From Oligoflexales bacterium (GTDB lineage Bacteria > Bdellovibrionota_B > Oligoflexia > Oligoflexales > RGVZ01): a DNA stretch of 64,000 nt. Numbering within the stretch: the first letter of the stretch is position 1; each line of letters starts with the position of its first letter. The notes beneath the pieces are model-generated. The model saw nothing but the letters and a program-made list of their open reading frames with translations, ran no database searches and was not told where the DNA came from. The stretch lies in assembly GCA_044236265.1 (NCBI GenBank), contig JBIIGV010000002.1, forward strand, positions 4,778 through 68,777. Direction: 5' to 3'. The translations under genes and the position numbers were made by a program. Shown here piece by piece: positions 50,965 through 63,834 of this stretch.

Positions 50965-51756
50965 TTAGTGGTCGTGAGAAACAGCCAAAGAAATATAGAC
51001 ACTCGTCAATAGAGTAAACAAATAGCTCTGCACGAGTGCTACGAGCAAACCGAAAAACATCAAACCAGAGGGAACAATGATATAGGGAACATTGGTCGAA
51101 AAAATGCTAACCAAAAGGTGGTCCGCAAAAATATTACTCATCAGACGCAAGCTTAGACTTAACGGACGAACAGAATGGCCAATAAGCTCTATTACAAACA
51201 CCAGGGGCGCCACGGCTAACATCGGACCAGTAAATTGCTTCAAATAATGGAGACCGTGCTCCTTGAAACCAGCGAAGTTATAGATAACGAACACCATCAA
51301 ACCGACAGCTAAATTGTTGGAAAAGTTCTCCGTTGCCGGAATCACACCGGGAACCAAGCCTCCGATATTACTGACAAAAATATACATAAAAATGCCGGCC
51401 AGCAGAGGGGAATATGTTTTCCACTCAGACCCAAGGATGTCCTTGGCTAGGCCCACACACAGATCCATGGCAGATTCAACGGCAGTTCTCAATCCAAACC
51501 GACCTTCCGGAACCACAACATCCCCAGCCGCCTGGACTCTAGATCTGTACACGACACCAATTAGAGACGTTACAAGCAACACAAAGAGGCCGCCTCCAAT
51601 AACAACAAAGCGCTCTTCGCTGTGTTGGTCGCCCCCAATAAGAGCGCGATGAAGCTCAGCATACCAATTTACGATACCGCCTGACGCCAATGCGGGTGAC
51701 GCAAATCCTGTCAAAGTGAATAGCAAGCAAAGCAAACGAACCATGAACCACTCCAA
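50965..51756 (-). CDS. atpB: Fo ATP synthase subunit a
   Basis: Polytopic membrane protein carrying the conserved Arg motif LSLRLMSNIFADH. It lies upstream of atpE. Confidence 0.9.
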   Translation of the reverse strand: MEWFMVRLLCLLFTLTGFASPALASGGIVNWYAELHRALIGGDQHSEERFVVIGGGLFVLLVTSLIGVVYRSRVQAAGDVVVPEGRFGLRTAVESAMDLCVGLAKDILGSEWKTYSPLLAGIFMYIFVSNIGGLVPGVIPATENFSNNLAVGLMVFVIYNFAGFKEHGLHYLKQFTGPMLAVAPLVFVIELIGHSVRPLSLSLRLMSNIFADHLLVSIFSTNVPYIIVPSGLMFFGLLVALVQSYLFTLLTSVYISLAVSHDH

Positions 51757-51810
51757 ACCTACTGAAAGGTAGCCTAAATCACCTTATTTAAGACACTATG
51801 GTTTAGCGCA

Positions 51811-52215
51811 TCAACTCAATACTCTCAACGTTTTTTCACGTGAAATAAGCTCTCTGGCAACCAAAATAACTGTTACGCTTAAAAGCCCAAGGCTAATGCC
51901 GGACACCAAAAACAAAACCGAAAATCCCCTATCAACAGCGATATAAATGATGGACAAAGGACCCAGAAACTTAACTACGAGCCAAAATATCCCACTCCTA
52001 ATCCCACCCTTCAAAGACTGCTGAAGCAAAACCTTACGCAAAAGCATCTCCAGGCCGGAAAAAGACAGTCCAAAAACGACAAGCCCCAAAGAAAGTGCCC
52101 GCCAATTAAATACTTCCAACCATGCCGAGAAAAAAATCGCCTGAAGAGCCGCCAATAGGAAATATAGGGGCCAAATAAAACCAACTAATAAAATTTTTGC
52201 TCTGTTTTTAATCAC
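51811..52215 (-). CDS. atpI: ATP synthase protein I-like membrane protein
   Basis: 134-aa protein with four hydrophobic helices, immediately upstream of atpB. The call rests on position and topology. Confidence 0.5.
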   Translation of the reverse strand: MIKNRAKILLVGFIWPLYFLLAALQAIFFSAWLEVFNWRALSLGLVVFGLSFSGLEMLLRKVLLQQSLKGGIRSGIFWLVVKFLGPLSIIYIAVDRGFSVLFLVSGISLGLLSVTVILVARELISREKTLRVLS

Positions 52216-52438
52216 CAGTGGTTTTTTTTGAGTCGATTTTTACAATTAATACCAAAAATTTATAAACAGCATATCCACACAGTACCAACGAAAGTGGCAT
52301 TGTTGCGATAATCCAATCGAAGCCCACTGAATACACAGAATTGAGATATTTTGAAAGATAAACACCGCCGACCAAAAAAATGACCAACTCAAAAGATAAA
52401 AACATTAGATAACTAAAGCCCAATAAAAACTTTTTCAT
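52208..52438 (-). CDS. AtpZ/AtpR-like small membrane protein
   Basis: 76-aa protein with two TMs. It overlaps the atpI-like start by 8 nt, the typical position of the small 'ATPase gene 1' family protein. The call is tentative. Confidence 0.4.
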   Translation of the reverse strand: MKKFLLGFSYLMFLSFELVIFLVGGVYLSKYLNSVYSVGFDWIIATMPLSLVLCGYAVYKFLVLIVKIDSKKTTGD

Positions 52439-52442
52439 AATC

Positions 52443-52451
52443 TGTGGATAA
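52443..52451 (-). promoter_or_regulatory. Perfect DnaA box upstream of dnaA
   Basis: TGTGGATAA is the reverse complement of the consensus TTATCCACA. It lies in the 181-bp divergent intergenic region between the atpZ-like gene and dnaA. Confidence 0.6.
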
Positions 52452-52619
52452 CTCTAAAAAATCGATATTTCTAACACAATACAACTATCTAAAATCACAA
52501 GTAAAAATATCTTACATTGTCACTTGCCCAAGGCAGGTCCCTTTGCTAACGTTCACGCACCAAAATCAACCGTAGAATGCGCCGCCCTAACATCGGCTAA
52601 TTATTTGTAGGTAAAACAT

Positions 52620-54002
52620 ATGCATCCAACCTCCTCGTTTACACCCTGGGACAATATCAAACAAGCTATCAAAGCACTTGTGCCAAATCAGGAATACACC
52701 ACATGGGTCGCGCCGCTTGAGTGCGTCAACGTCACTGGAAACCAACTTCTAATCAAAGCTCCAAACATTCTCTTCTATCAGAGAATCCACGATTCCTACT
52801 TGCCACTCATTGAGAAAATTAAAACCGAGCTCGGTCTCGATCACTACTTTATTCAATTCGACACCCACAATCCAAGGCAAGACCTCCAAACTGACGAGAT
52901 CTCCGAGGAAGAGAATCCCATCGACCCATCCTCGCAAGATATATCGACTTCGACAAAAAAGGTTTCGGCTGAAAGTTGTCTAAACCCAAATTACACCTTT
53001 CAAAATTTTGTTAAAGGTTCCAGCAACCAGTTTGCAATGTCCACTTGCCAAGCTGTGGCAAACAAACCTGGCCAATCATACAACCCGTTATTTATCTGTG
53101 GTAGTTCCGGTCTCGGTAAAACTCACCTACTTCATGCTGTTGGTAACGAAGTTCTCCGCCAAAATCCGACAGCAAATGTGGCGTACATCACCTCAGAACG
53201 ATTCATGAACGAAATGATCTATTGCATTCGTTTCGGCAAAACAATGGAGTTTCGACAGAAGTATCGTTCCTGCGACGTCCTGCTAATTGACGACGTCCAA
53301 TTTATTTCTGGTGGCAAGAAAGCAACTCAGGAAGAGTTTTTTCACACATTCAACAGCCTGTACGGTGCCAAAAAGCAAATCGTCATGACATCGGACGTTT
53401 TGCCGCAAGCAATACCTGACATCGAAGATAGACTTCGAAATCGTTTCCAATGGGGACTGATTGCTGACATTCAACCACCTGATGTCGAACATCGGATAGC
53501 CATCTTAACCAAGAAAGCTGAAGCTCTCGGTATAAAACTTGAATCAGACGTTGCCGAATACATTGCAAAGCACAAAAAGAAAGACATTCGCGAACTCGAG
53601 GGCGCAGTATTGAGACTTCGCGCTTTCAGCGAATTTGACAATGTCCCGATTACACTCAATTTAGCTCAAACGATATTTCAAGATTTCTTCGTCGCTGAAT
53701 CACCTAAAAAACTTTCAGTCGAAGACATACAAAAAACTGTGGCTGATCATTTTAAGATAAAAATCTCTGATCTGAAGTCCAAGAAAAAACACAGCGCAAT
53801 TGCACACCCAAGGCAGATCGCTATGTTCCTGGCGCGCAAACTGACTCCAGCTTCCTTACCAGAACTGGGACAAAAATTTGGCGGCAAGGACCATACAACG
53901 GTGCTTCATAACGTTAAGAAAATCGAAGCCGCAATCGTATCGGACTTGGATCTGCGGGCCGTTGTAGACTCATTGCAACGCAATTTAGAGCATCTATCAT
54001 GA
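52620..54002 (+). CDS. dnaA: Chromosomal replication initiator DnaA
   Basis: Walker A GSSGLGKTHLLHA, LLIDDVQF, the sensor region, and the domain IV DNA-binding signature HPRQIAMFLARKLT...GGKDHTTVLH are present. Confidence 0.97.
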   Translation: MHPTSSFTPWDNIKQAIKALVPNQEYTTWVAPLECVNVTGNQLLIKAPNILFYQRIHDSYLPLIEKIKTELGLDHYFIQFDTHNPRQDLQTDEISEEENPIDPSSQDISTSTKKVSAESCLNPNYTFQNFVKGSSNQFAMSTCQAVANKPGQSYNPLFICGSSGLGKTHLLHAVGNEVLRQNPTANVAYITSERFMNEMIYCIRFGKTMEFRQKYRSCDVLLIDDVQFISGGKKATQEEFFHTFNSLYGAKKQIVMTSDVLPQAIPDIEDRLRNRFQWGLIADIQPPDVEHRIAILTKKAEALGIKLESDVAEYIAKHKKKDIRELEGAVLRLRAFSEFDNVPITLNLAQTIFQDFFVAESPKKLSVEDIQKTVADHFKIKISDLKSKKKHSAIAHPRQIAMFLARKLTPASLPELGQKFGGKDHTTVLHNVKKIEAAIVSDLDLRAVVDSLQRNLEHLS

Positions 54003-54277
54003 CAATGAATTGTGGATATCTTGTGTATTAGTCTTGTGAAAACCCTTGAATCGAATGTTGGCCGACAATGAACAGAATTTTGATGCCAGAAGTTTTCAAA
54101 TAGAACTCAAAAAGAAACCGAAATGATTTCCAAAGACAAACCACAAGAAGAAATGCAGAAAAATCAATTAATAAAGATACTTAGAGAGATATCCACAAAA
54201 CCAGAGCTGACATACTAAAACATATATCTAAAAGAAAATGACTTTAACCTAATATTGACCTCACAAAGGAAACTAAC
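54003..54277. other. oriC: Candidate oriC (dnaA-dnaN intergenic region)
   Basis: 275-bp AT-rich spacer. It has inverted near-consensus DnaA boxes TGTGGATAT (54011-54019) and ATATCCACA (54189-54197), each 8/9. Weaker boxes are present (TGTGTATTA, CAAACCACA), as are A/T runs (AAAAATCAATTAATAAAGATA; ACATATATCTAAAAGAAAATG). Confidence 0.45.
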
Positions 54278-55423
54278 ATGAACCTCAATTTGAAAATAGA
54301 TCGCAACCTCCTTGGCTTGGCAATGAATCGGGTCCAAGGCGCTATGGCTGAAAGAAATCTGGCACACGTCGGACTGAACGCCCGGAAGGGAAGGCTTCAT
54401 GTAGCAGCCGCGGACCAGGCTTTAGCGATATTCAATGATTTCCCATGTGAGATTAAGAGCGAGGGACTCGTTTTTGTTCCTGCCAAAATCTTTTCAGATT
54501 TAACGAGAGAATTACCAGAAGGCCTTGTTCAGCTGGAAAAAGATGGTGCCAATCTCAAAGTCACCGCCGGCCCAAACAAAGAATTCACGATGAAACTTCC
54601 ACTTATCGAGGACGTTCAATGGCGAGACTCTCCATCGGTTGAATATGAAAATACGGCTAGTATATCCGTGTCCAAGCTGGCCTACATGATTGAACAAGTC
54701 GGTAGCTGTGTTGCGACTGATTCCCCTCGTAACTACGGCACGGTTGCCTTCATGCACCGCCCATCAACTGATAAATCTGCTTTAAGACTTGTTGGTACCG
54801 ACTCTTTTAGACTGTCGTATTGTGATATCCGAGTGGATATGCCGGATGCCTTCTTAAAAACGGGTGTCAGCCTAACCAAGAGAGCTCTTCAAGAACTCTC
54901 GAAACTGGCCTCTGAGGGATTTGAACAGGTAAAATTAAGCATTTCTGATGACCAAACCACCTTGGTTGCGGAGGTTCCAAACTTCCAAATCTTCGTAAGA
55001 TTGTCTGCAGTGAAGTACCCGAATTATTCTTCGGTGATACCTGATCTTAAACAACGTGGTGTATTAGTAAGCACAAACCACATGAAAGGCGTCGCACGCC
55101 GCGTGTTGCTAGCCGCTGATAAAAGCAGGGTTTTACAGTTGAGCTTTTCCGATTCATCACTTACCCTTAGTTCGAAGAATACCGCGAACTCTGAGGGCAA
55201 AGAACGAATTGGCCTTGAAGGGTATCATGGCGCAAAATGTGACATTGCGATAAACGGAAAATATATTACCGATATTGTAAATGTAACTGGCGCTGAAAAG
55301 ATGTCTTTGCAATTTAAGGACGCGGTAGAGCCAATCGTCCTGACACCTTATGGTGAGCCGACAGATTGTGCCACAAGACATATCCTCGTTCCTATTACCG
55401 GTGGAGCTGAAGCTCACGCGTAA
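54278..55423 (+). CDS. dnaN: DNA polymerase III beta sliding clamp
   Basis: 381 aa with a three-domain clamp pattern (LRLVGTDSFRLS; YPNYSSVIP). It lies directly after dnaA. Confidence 0.93.
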   Translation: MNLNLKIDRNLLGLAMNRVQGAMAERNLAHVGLNARKGRLHVAAADQALAIFNDFPCEIKSEGLVFVPAKIFSDLTRELPEGLVQLEKDGANLKVTAGPNKEFTMKLPLIEDVQWRDSPSVEYENTASISVSKLAYMIEQVGSCVATDSPRNYGTVAFMHRPSTDKSALRLVGTDSFRLSYCDIRVDMPDAFLKTGVSLTKRALQELSKLASEGFEQVKLSISDDQTTLVAEVPNFQIFVRLSAVKYPNYSSVIPDLKQRGVLVSTNHMKGVARRVLLAADKSRVLQLSFSDSSLTLSSKNTANSEGKERIGLEGYHGAKCDIAINGKYITDIVNVTGAEKMSLQFKDAVEPIVLTPYGEPTDCATRHILVPITGGAEAHA

Positions 55424-55488
55424 CAGGGATGAGGCGTTTTCGTGTTTTCGGTTGAAACAAAATTAGCTCAAAACTTTTCGCAAAGTGA

Positions 55489-58026
<2,538 letters not shown>

Positions 58027-58056
58027 GCGGCTACCACTCGCTTAAAGGAATAAATC

Positions 58057-60507
58057 ATGGATCAATCAAATAGTGTGATTCCAATTAAAATCGAAGAAGA
58101 GATGCGAACCGCGTTTCTCGATTACTCGATGTCGGTCATCGTTTCGCGCGCACTTCCAGACGTCCGCGATGGCTTAAAGCCCGTTCACCGCCGCATCTTG
58201 TTTGCGATGCATAATTTAAAAAACTTTCACAACCGCCCATACCTTAAAAGCGCCCGTGTTGTCGGGGAAGTTATCGGCCGGTTCCATCCGCATGGCGATA
58301 GTCCTGTGTATGAGGCGATGGTCCGATTGGCTCAAAATTTTGCGATGCGGTACACCCTGATCGATGGCCAAGGAAATTTCGGATCTATCGACGGCGATTC
58401 AGCGGCCGCGATGCGTTACACCGAGTGTCGTTTGGAAGAAGTAGCGGAATTGCTACTTAGCGACATTGATAAGGAAACGGTTGATTTCGGTCCAAACTAT
58501 GACAACAAGGAGGAAGAGCCACTTGTTCTTCCCACAAGGCTGCCGCAACTGTTGGTGAATGGAGCATCCGGGATTGCCGTAGGTATGGCGACGAATATTC
58601 CTCCTCACAATTTAGGTGAGGTGCTGGATGCTTTGCTCGCTCTAATAGAAAATCCGTCCCTGCGCATCGAAGAGCTCATGACTTATGTCAAGGGCCCAGA
58701 CTTTCCAACAAAGGGCCAGATTGTTGGCATTGCTGGAATTCGCGAAGCGTTTATGACTGGTCGCGGATCAGTTATCATGAGGTCCAAATCCCATGTGGAG
58801 CCTGTGCCCAAGTCTCAGGGCAAGGAACAAATCATAGTTACGGAAATCCCATACCAGGTGAACAAAGCTCGTCTTATCGAAAGAATTGCAGACCTGGTTC
58901 GTGAAAAGAAAATCGAAGGAATTTCCGATCTTCGTGATGAATCTGCTGAAGACGACATTCGCGTCGTGATTGAGCTAAAAAAGGGAGAAATCCCGGATAT
59001 CGTCTTAAATAATCTTTATAAGCTTACGCCGATGCAAACTAGCTTTGGTGTGAATGCCGTTGCCCTCGTCAACGGGGCGCCAAAGATTTTAAACCTCAAA
59101 CAGATGCTGGAGCAATTTTATCTCCACCGCCGCGAAGTGATCGTTCGTAAGACGGCCTACGAGCTTCGTCAGGCCGAGGCCCGCGGGCATATTTTGCTTG
59201 GCTTAAAAATAGCGGTCGAAAATATCGACGAAGTAGTCCGAACCATTCGCGGGGCAACTGATACCGATGCGGCTCATCAAGATTTGGTTGCGAGATTCAA
59301 GCTTTCCGACACTCAGGCCAAAGCCATCCTGGAGATGAGACTTGCAAAACTTACGGGCCTTGAGCGCGACAAGATAATTGCCGAATATAACGAGACCATG
59401 GCACTCATAGCCGACTTGCAAGACATCTTAGCGTCTCCAGCCCGCGTTACCAAGATCATCAAAGATGACTTTGAAGATCTTCGCACGCGATTTGCCGATG
59501 AGCGTAAGACGGAAATCATCGCCGATGCCGCTGATGAGCTAACCATGGAAAGCCTCGTTGCCGACGAGGAGGTCGCGGTCACCATTTCTCAAGCTGGTTA
59601 TATAAAGCGTACTCCGATTGTGGAGATCCGCGCCCAAAAGCGAGGTGGCAAAGGCAAGAGCGGAATGCTCACCAAAGAAGAAGACATGGTGAAAAGTCTA
59701 TTTATGACTAGCAACCACCAGTCTCTCCTTTGCTTCACAAATACCGGTCGAGTCTACGACATAAAAGTATACCAAGTTCCAGAGCTCCCTTTACGCAGCA
59801 AAGGCAAGCATTTCGCAAACCTCATCAAGCTTGATGAGGGCGAGCGAGTTGTAAGTGTGTTGCCAGTCAAGGAATTCTCTGATGGCAAATTCATTATCAG
59901 CGCAACGGCTCAGGGCTATGTTAAGAAAACCGAGCTAATGGCATACGACAATATTCGCACGACTGGAATTATCGGTCTCAAACTTGAAGATAAAGACGAA
60001 CTGATTGGTTGTGCGATTTCTACCGGTAAGAACGATGTTGTCATGGCGACTAAACAAGGCAAAGCGATTCGCTTTAACGAGGATGAAATCCGACCCATGG
60101 GTAGAAGCGCTCGCGGCGTGACGGGAATCCGTTTTGGTGAAGAGGATGATCATGTTATCGGCCTAGAGGTCATCGATGCTGAGTCAACAATTTTAACGGT
60201 ATGTGAAAATGGCTACGGCAAGCGCAGCCCACTTGACGAATATCGCCAGCAGACTCGTGGCGGTAAAGGGATCTACACCATTAAGCTAAGTGATCGAAAT
60301 GGATTCGTTGTCAGCATCTTGCAAGTCGCCGATGCCGATGACGTGATGATCATGACAACAGGCGGCAAGATCGTAAGATTTAACGTTCAAGAGCTTGGCG
60401 TCATCAGTCGACATACCCAGGGCGTTCGCTTGATTAACGTTGATGAGGGCGAAAAAGTGATTGGCGTTTGTAAAGTCGTCAAATTTGAAGGCGAGGAAGT
60501 TGGCTAA
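58057..60507 (+). CDS. gyrA: DNA gyrase subunit A
   Basis: [11 protein letters not shown], the catalytic Tyr context AAMRYTE and the [17 protein letters not shown] are present. C-terminal beta-pinwheel repeats follow. Confidence 0.98.
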   Translation: MDQSNSVIPIKIEEEMRTAFLDYSMSVIVSRALPDVRDGLKPVHRRILFAMHNLKNFHNRPYLKSARVVGEVIGRFHPHGDSPVYEAMVRLAQNFAMRYTLIDGQGNFGSIDGDSAAAMRYTECRLEEVAELLLSDIDKETVDFGPNYDNKEEEPLVLPTRLPQLLVNGASGIAVGMATNIPPHNLGEVLDALLALIENPSLRIEELMTYVKGPDFPTKGQIVGIAGIREAFMTGRGSVIMRSKSHVEPVPKSQGKEQIIVTEIPYQVNKARLIERIADLVREKKIEGISDLRDESAEDDIRVVIELKKGEIPDIVLNNLYKLTPMQTSFGVNAVALVNGAPKILNLKQMLEQFYLHRREVIVRKTAYELRQAEARGHILLGLKIAVENIDEVVRTIRGATDTDAAHQDLVARFKLSDTQAKAILEMRLAKLTGLERDKIIAEYNETMALIADLQDILASPARVTKIIKDDFEDLRTRFADERKTEIIADAADELTMESLVADEEVAVTISQAGYIKRTPIVEIRAQKRGGKGKSGMLTKEEDMVKSLFMTSNHQSLLCFTNTGRVYDIKVYQVPELPLRSKGKHFANLIKLDEGERVVSVLPVKEFSDGKFIISATAQGYVKKTELMAYDNIRTTGIIGLKLEDKDELIGCAISTGKNDVVMATKQGKAIRFNEDEIRPMGRSARGVTGIRFGEEDDHVIGLEVIDAESTILTVCENGYGKRSPLDEYRQQTRGGKGIYTIKLSDRNGFVVSILQVADADDVMIMTTGGKIVRFNVQELGVISRHTQGVRLINVDEGEKVIGVCKVVKFEGEEVG

Positions 60508-61528
60508 CCTCGAAGAAATCAGCAGGCGCTATGAAGCCGCAGGATTGTACACCCATGTGTACGCCTCCTGCGGCTTTTTAAATGAATCAAAGCCAAGATT
60601 CAAATGGTCCAAGTTACCCGACGGACGTAGTGTTTTTGATCTGGCAAGCTTAACCAAGGCTCTGGTCACAACGCCCCTGGCCATTTTAAGCTGTGATGAG
60701 ATTAAGAAAGACCCGCATGAGGCTAGCGTTTTACAAGCCTTCGGGGACGGCACAGTCAATAGGCCTGGGTTTGATTTATTTGTAGATACCAAGGTTTCTA
60801 CCCTGCTTCGGCACGAGTCTGGTTTGCCAGCGTGGAGAAATTTCTATGTTGAATGTGAGGGCAAGCGTCAATCGCTGGCGGACATTTTATTACGCGCACG
60901 GCCTAGTCCTGATCGCGGAAGTTTGTCTGATGTATATAGCGACGTCGGATTTATTTTTTTGGGCCAATTAATCGAGTCGCAGCGACAAAAAAAGCTGATC
61001 GATATCTGGTTTGATTATTGTAAGGAACTTGGAATACTGGCGCGCCCCGTCTTGGGACTTGGTTCGGCTTTCGCCTCGGAAAATTTAATCTCGACTGGGT
61101 TTTGTCCGGTCCGCGGACGCAATCTTTTGGGCGATGTTCACGATGAGAATTGTTGGGCTTTGGGTGGTTTTGCCGGCCACGCGGGACTATTTGGAACAGG
61201 TGAAGGAATCGAGGAGTTTCTGCATGGTCTTTGGCGGAGTCCTCGTGGTCGTAGAGTCTTTACGCTCAACTTCAGTGAGGCGTCTTCATCTGGAGAGTCT
61301 TTAATGGGTTGGCGAAAGGGGCGCGACGAATCAGCCCGAACCTTTGCCGAGGGACGAGGTTGTGGTCATATGGGCTTCACAGGCACAGCGTTCTGGGTCG
61401 ACCCGAAAACAGAAGCTTACGCCATTGTTTTAACAAACAGAGTGATTTCTGGACGAATCTCGTCTCTCATGAAGTCGTTTCGCTCTGAAGCTTTCGGCGC
61501 GCTTTGGGAAAAGCTAAAGACATGCTAG
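60461..61528 (+). CDS. Beta-lactamase-fold serine hydrolase (class C / PBP-like family)
   Basis: The SxxK motif is ASLTKAL. A YSD (Y-x-N-like) motif and [13 protein letters not shown] (H/K-T/S-G) are present. No in-frame ATG precedes the active site, so a TTG start at 60461 or 60500 is implied; both overlap the gyrA 3' end. Confidence 0.7.
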   Translation: MAFVKSSNLKARKLANLEEISRRYEAAGLYTHVYASCGFLNESKPRFKWSKLPDGRSVFDLASLTKALVTTPLAILSCDEIKKDPHEASVLQAFGDGTVNRPGFDLFVDTKVSTLLRHESGLPAWRNFYVECEGKRQSLADILLRARPSPDRGSLSDVYSDVGFIFLGQLIESQRQKKLIDIWFDYCKELGILARPVLGLGSAFASENLISTGFCPVRGRNLLGDVHDENCWALGGFAGHAGLFGTGEGIEEFLHGLWRSPRGRRVFTLNFSEASSSGESLMGWRKGRDESARTFAEGRGCGHMGFTGTAFWVDPKTEAYAIVLTNRVISGRISSLMKSFRSEAFGALWEKLKTC

Positions 61529-62637
61529 CCAGTTCCGACAAGGGTCAGAGCTGCCTGATTATCGGCGCAGGTCTTGCTGGTCTGACTGTGGCGTTGGAGC
61601 TTGCTCGACGGGGGGCTGGCGTTACTCTGGTGTCTCCTCCGGATGATCCTATTTGCGCTTCGAATGCAGCTCACGGAATTTCTACCATCAAAGGAATACT
61701 TGAAAGTGATTCAAAGCTTTTTGGTCTCAAACTTGAGGGGCACCGTGGATTTGATGCTTGGCTTACAAAATTAGAAGAAGAGATTGGAAAAAAACGCCCA
61801 CTTGATGTGTGGCGAAAGGGTGTCGAAGAAAATTTTCCTACGACTTACCTGTTCAAAAAAGAATTTGGTCGGATATATCGAAAAGATTTTATTGGAGCAA
61901 AACAAGTGCAGTGGCTTCGTAAAGAAGATGACTGTTTTGCGTCCGTAAAATACCCCGGTGATTGGTGGATCAATCCTAGGTATTTATTAGATACCTTACA
62001 TGAAGGACTTACACGTTTGCGGGTTAAGAAAATCTCGGCCAATGTCCAGAGCGTGGTCCTCGGGGCAGACGGTGTGAGCGCACGAATGTTAGACGGAGAC
62101 TTGTCCTCTCAGGCAGCAGTTATCTGTGCAGGCGCCGGAGTTCCGTCATTGGTTGAGAGATCAGGCCTAGAGACGATAGAGAAACTGTACGGCGTTTCAG
62201 GTTTTACTTTTGGTGCTTCAACAAACATTGATCGTCAAACGGCACTCGTAAAAGGGACATCCGGAGTGACACAGGTTGGTCGAGAAATTTTTTGGGGCTC
62301 AACGAGTGATCCTGCTTTTTTGATCGATGGCGGTGATTCCGTTCCAGAAAGCGCTAAACTTGATGCCAGGAAGTGTCGAGAACTAGGAAAAAAAACTCTT
62401 CATGAGATTTTTCCTGTAGCGGCTTGCGATACACTAACTGAATTTTCTGTAAAATGGGGCGTGAGGACTCGCACCAGACATCGTTCACCACTTGTCGAGC
62501 GGGTTGTAAAAAACAACGCTGGATCAATTTGGGTCAACACTGGCTACTATAAAAGCGGCATCATTTTATCTTGGCTTATGGCGGAAAAATTAGCCGAAGC
62601 TATAATCTCTGGACACCCATACTCTTCCAGTCACTAA
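61522..62637 (+). CDS. FAD-dependent oxidoreductase (DAO / glycine-oxidase-like family)
   Basis: The dinucleotide fold CLIIGAGLAGLTVALELARRGAGVTLV lies at the N-terminus. Length is about 370 aa. ATG 61522 overlaps the upstream stop by 7 nt. Confidence 0.7.
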   Translation: MLASSDKGQSCLIIGAGLAGLTVALELARRGAGVTLVSPPDDPICASNAAHGISTIKGILESDSKLFGLKLEGHRGFDAWLTKLEEEIGKKRPLDVWRKGVEENFPTTYLFKKEFGRIYRKDFIGAKQVQWLRKEDDCFASVKYPGDWWINPRYLLDTLHEGLTRLRVKKISANVQSVVLGADGVSARMLDGDLSSQAAVICAGAGVPSLVERSGLETIEKLYGVSGFTFGASTNIDRQTALVKGTSGVTQVGREIFWGSTSDPAFLIDGGDSVPESAKLDARKCRELGKKTLHEIFPVAACDTLTEFSVKWGVRTRTRHRSPLVERVVKNNAGSIWVNTGYYKSGIILSWLMAEKLAEAIISGHPYSSSH

Positions 62638-63733
62638 CTCTGACGGCCCAGCGCTCTCGATCCATAGCCTGCCAAGAGTCGATTCTAATAGTTCCCCAGA
62701 GTCTACTGTTCGCCGGTATTTTTGCGACCAAATCAGATGGAACTGTAATTTTCATCGACGCAGCAGGGGCGGTACAGGTGATTCCGGGAAAAGTTCCCAT
62801 CGGAGCGATGGTCAGAGTGGCAACAGAGTTTTTAGCGTCGCCGGCGAGAGTCCATGAGGCCACCATCGTAGATCCTCCGCTAACTTTAATAGCTGGGGGA
62901 TCAATGTCTTCTAGGCCATCGTCATTTGCCTCGGCTTGTTCTCGTCCTGAAAATATTGAAGACGCCATCAGGGTGGGCCTTGCTAGTCTTATCCGTCCAA
63001 AGCCCTCCGTCGACCTTGCCGTGATGTTCCACTCGCTGCTTTGTCGCTGTACCGAGGAGAAGGTCCCTCCGAGAGCATTTGGTGAAACTCTGGATGTAGT
63101 TGCGTGAATAAATCCGCGACTAGTCGCACTTTGTAATACAAGTGCGCCCTTGGTCATCGGATTTACTTGCATGTTTGCGTCGCTAAGAGCGCACTGTTGC
63201 CCATTAGACGAAATGCTTTTTGCGACCAGCTCTGAGGGCTGAGCACTTGAGGCAACTGACACGAGGTCCATCCTGGCAGCGCCCATATCGACAAAAACCA
63301 TATTGACCGCATTCGCGCCGGCGGAGGGAAGGGCCTCAGGCAATGTCATGACGGTTGCGCTTGTCTCGGACAGTTTTGCAGGCCAGATACGAAGAATAAT
63401 CGTCACAAGCTGATCTTTTGGTAATCCGGTAATGGTCTCGGAGAATTTCGTGGCGGAACTGTTTGCACACGGATTGGGCGTTTCGCTTGATCTTTGCCCA
63501 GAAGCTGGAACAAAAAAACCTAATTTGCAACTAGCGGCCTCTCTAGTGTCGAAACTTAAGATAATGGACGTGCCGTCGTTTGCCCGTTCAAGGCTTATGG
63601 AGTCCTGTATGACAATTCCATTATCTTTTGATCCAAGTCGGCGAGGAGCTTTGATGGGTGCCACCAATTTACAAGAGACAAGCTCAACTGCAAAAAGTAG
63701 AGCAAAAAACCTGTATGTTCTCGTTTTAAACAT
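62600..63733 (-). CDS. Hypothetical lipoprotein, no recognisable family
   Basis: The N-terminus MFKTRTYRFFALLFAVELVSCKL carries a lipobox (L-V-S-C). The remainder is S/T/A-rich and probably beta-rich. The 3' end overlaps the convergent oxidoreductase by 38 nt. Confidence 0.5.
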   Translation of the reverse strand: MFKTRTYRFFALLFAVELVSCKLVAPIKAPRRLGSKDNGIVIQDSISLERANDGTSIILSFDTREAASCKLGFFVPASGQRSSETPNPCANSSATKFSETITGLPKDQLVTIILRIWPAKLSETSATVMTLPEALPSAGANAVNMVFVDMGAARMDLVSVASSAQPSELVAKSISSNGQQCALSDANMQVNPMTKGALVLQSATSRGFIHATTSRVSPNALGGTFSSVQRQSSEWNITARSTEGFGRIRLARPTLMASSIFSGREQAEANDDGLEDIDPPAIKVSGGSTMVASWTLAGDAKNSVATLTIAPMGTFPGITCTAPAASMKITVPSDLVAKIPANSRLWGTIRIDSWQAMDRERWAVRVSDWKSMGVQRL

Positions 63734-63834
63734 AATTCCTCAAAATATGCCCCAAAGGCTGGAATACATTTTATCAAATTCGGCCAGTGACATATAATTT
63801 TGAGACGATTTTTTTGCCATAAGGAGCAGGTAGG

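Noticed and set aside
62571-63107. A 178-aa plus-strand ORF overlapping the lipoprotein gene.
   Set aside because: The minus-strand ORF is twice as long and has a proper lipoprotein signal peptide. The plus-strand ORF has no recognisable features and would begin inside the oxidoreductase gene.
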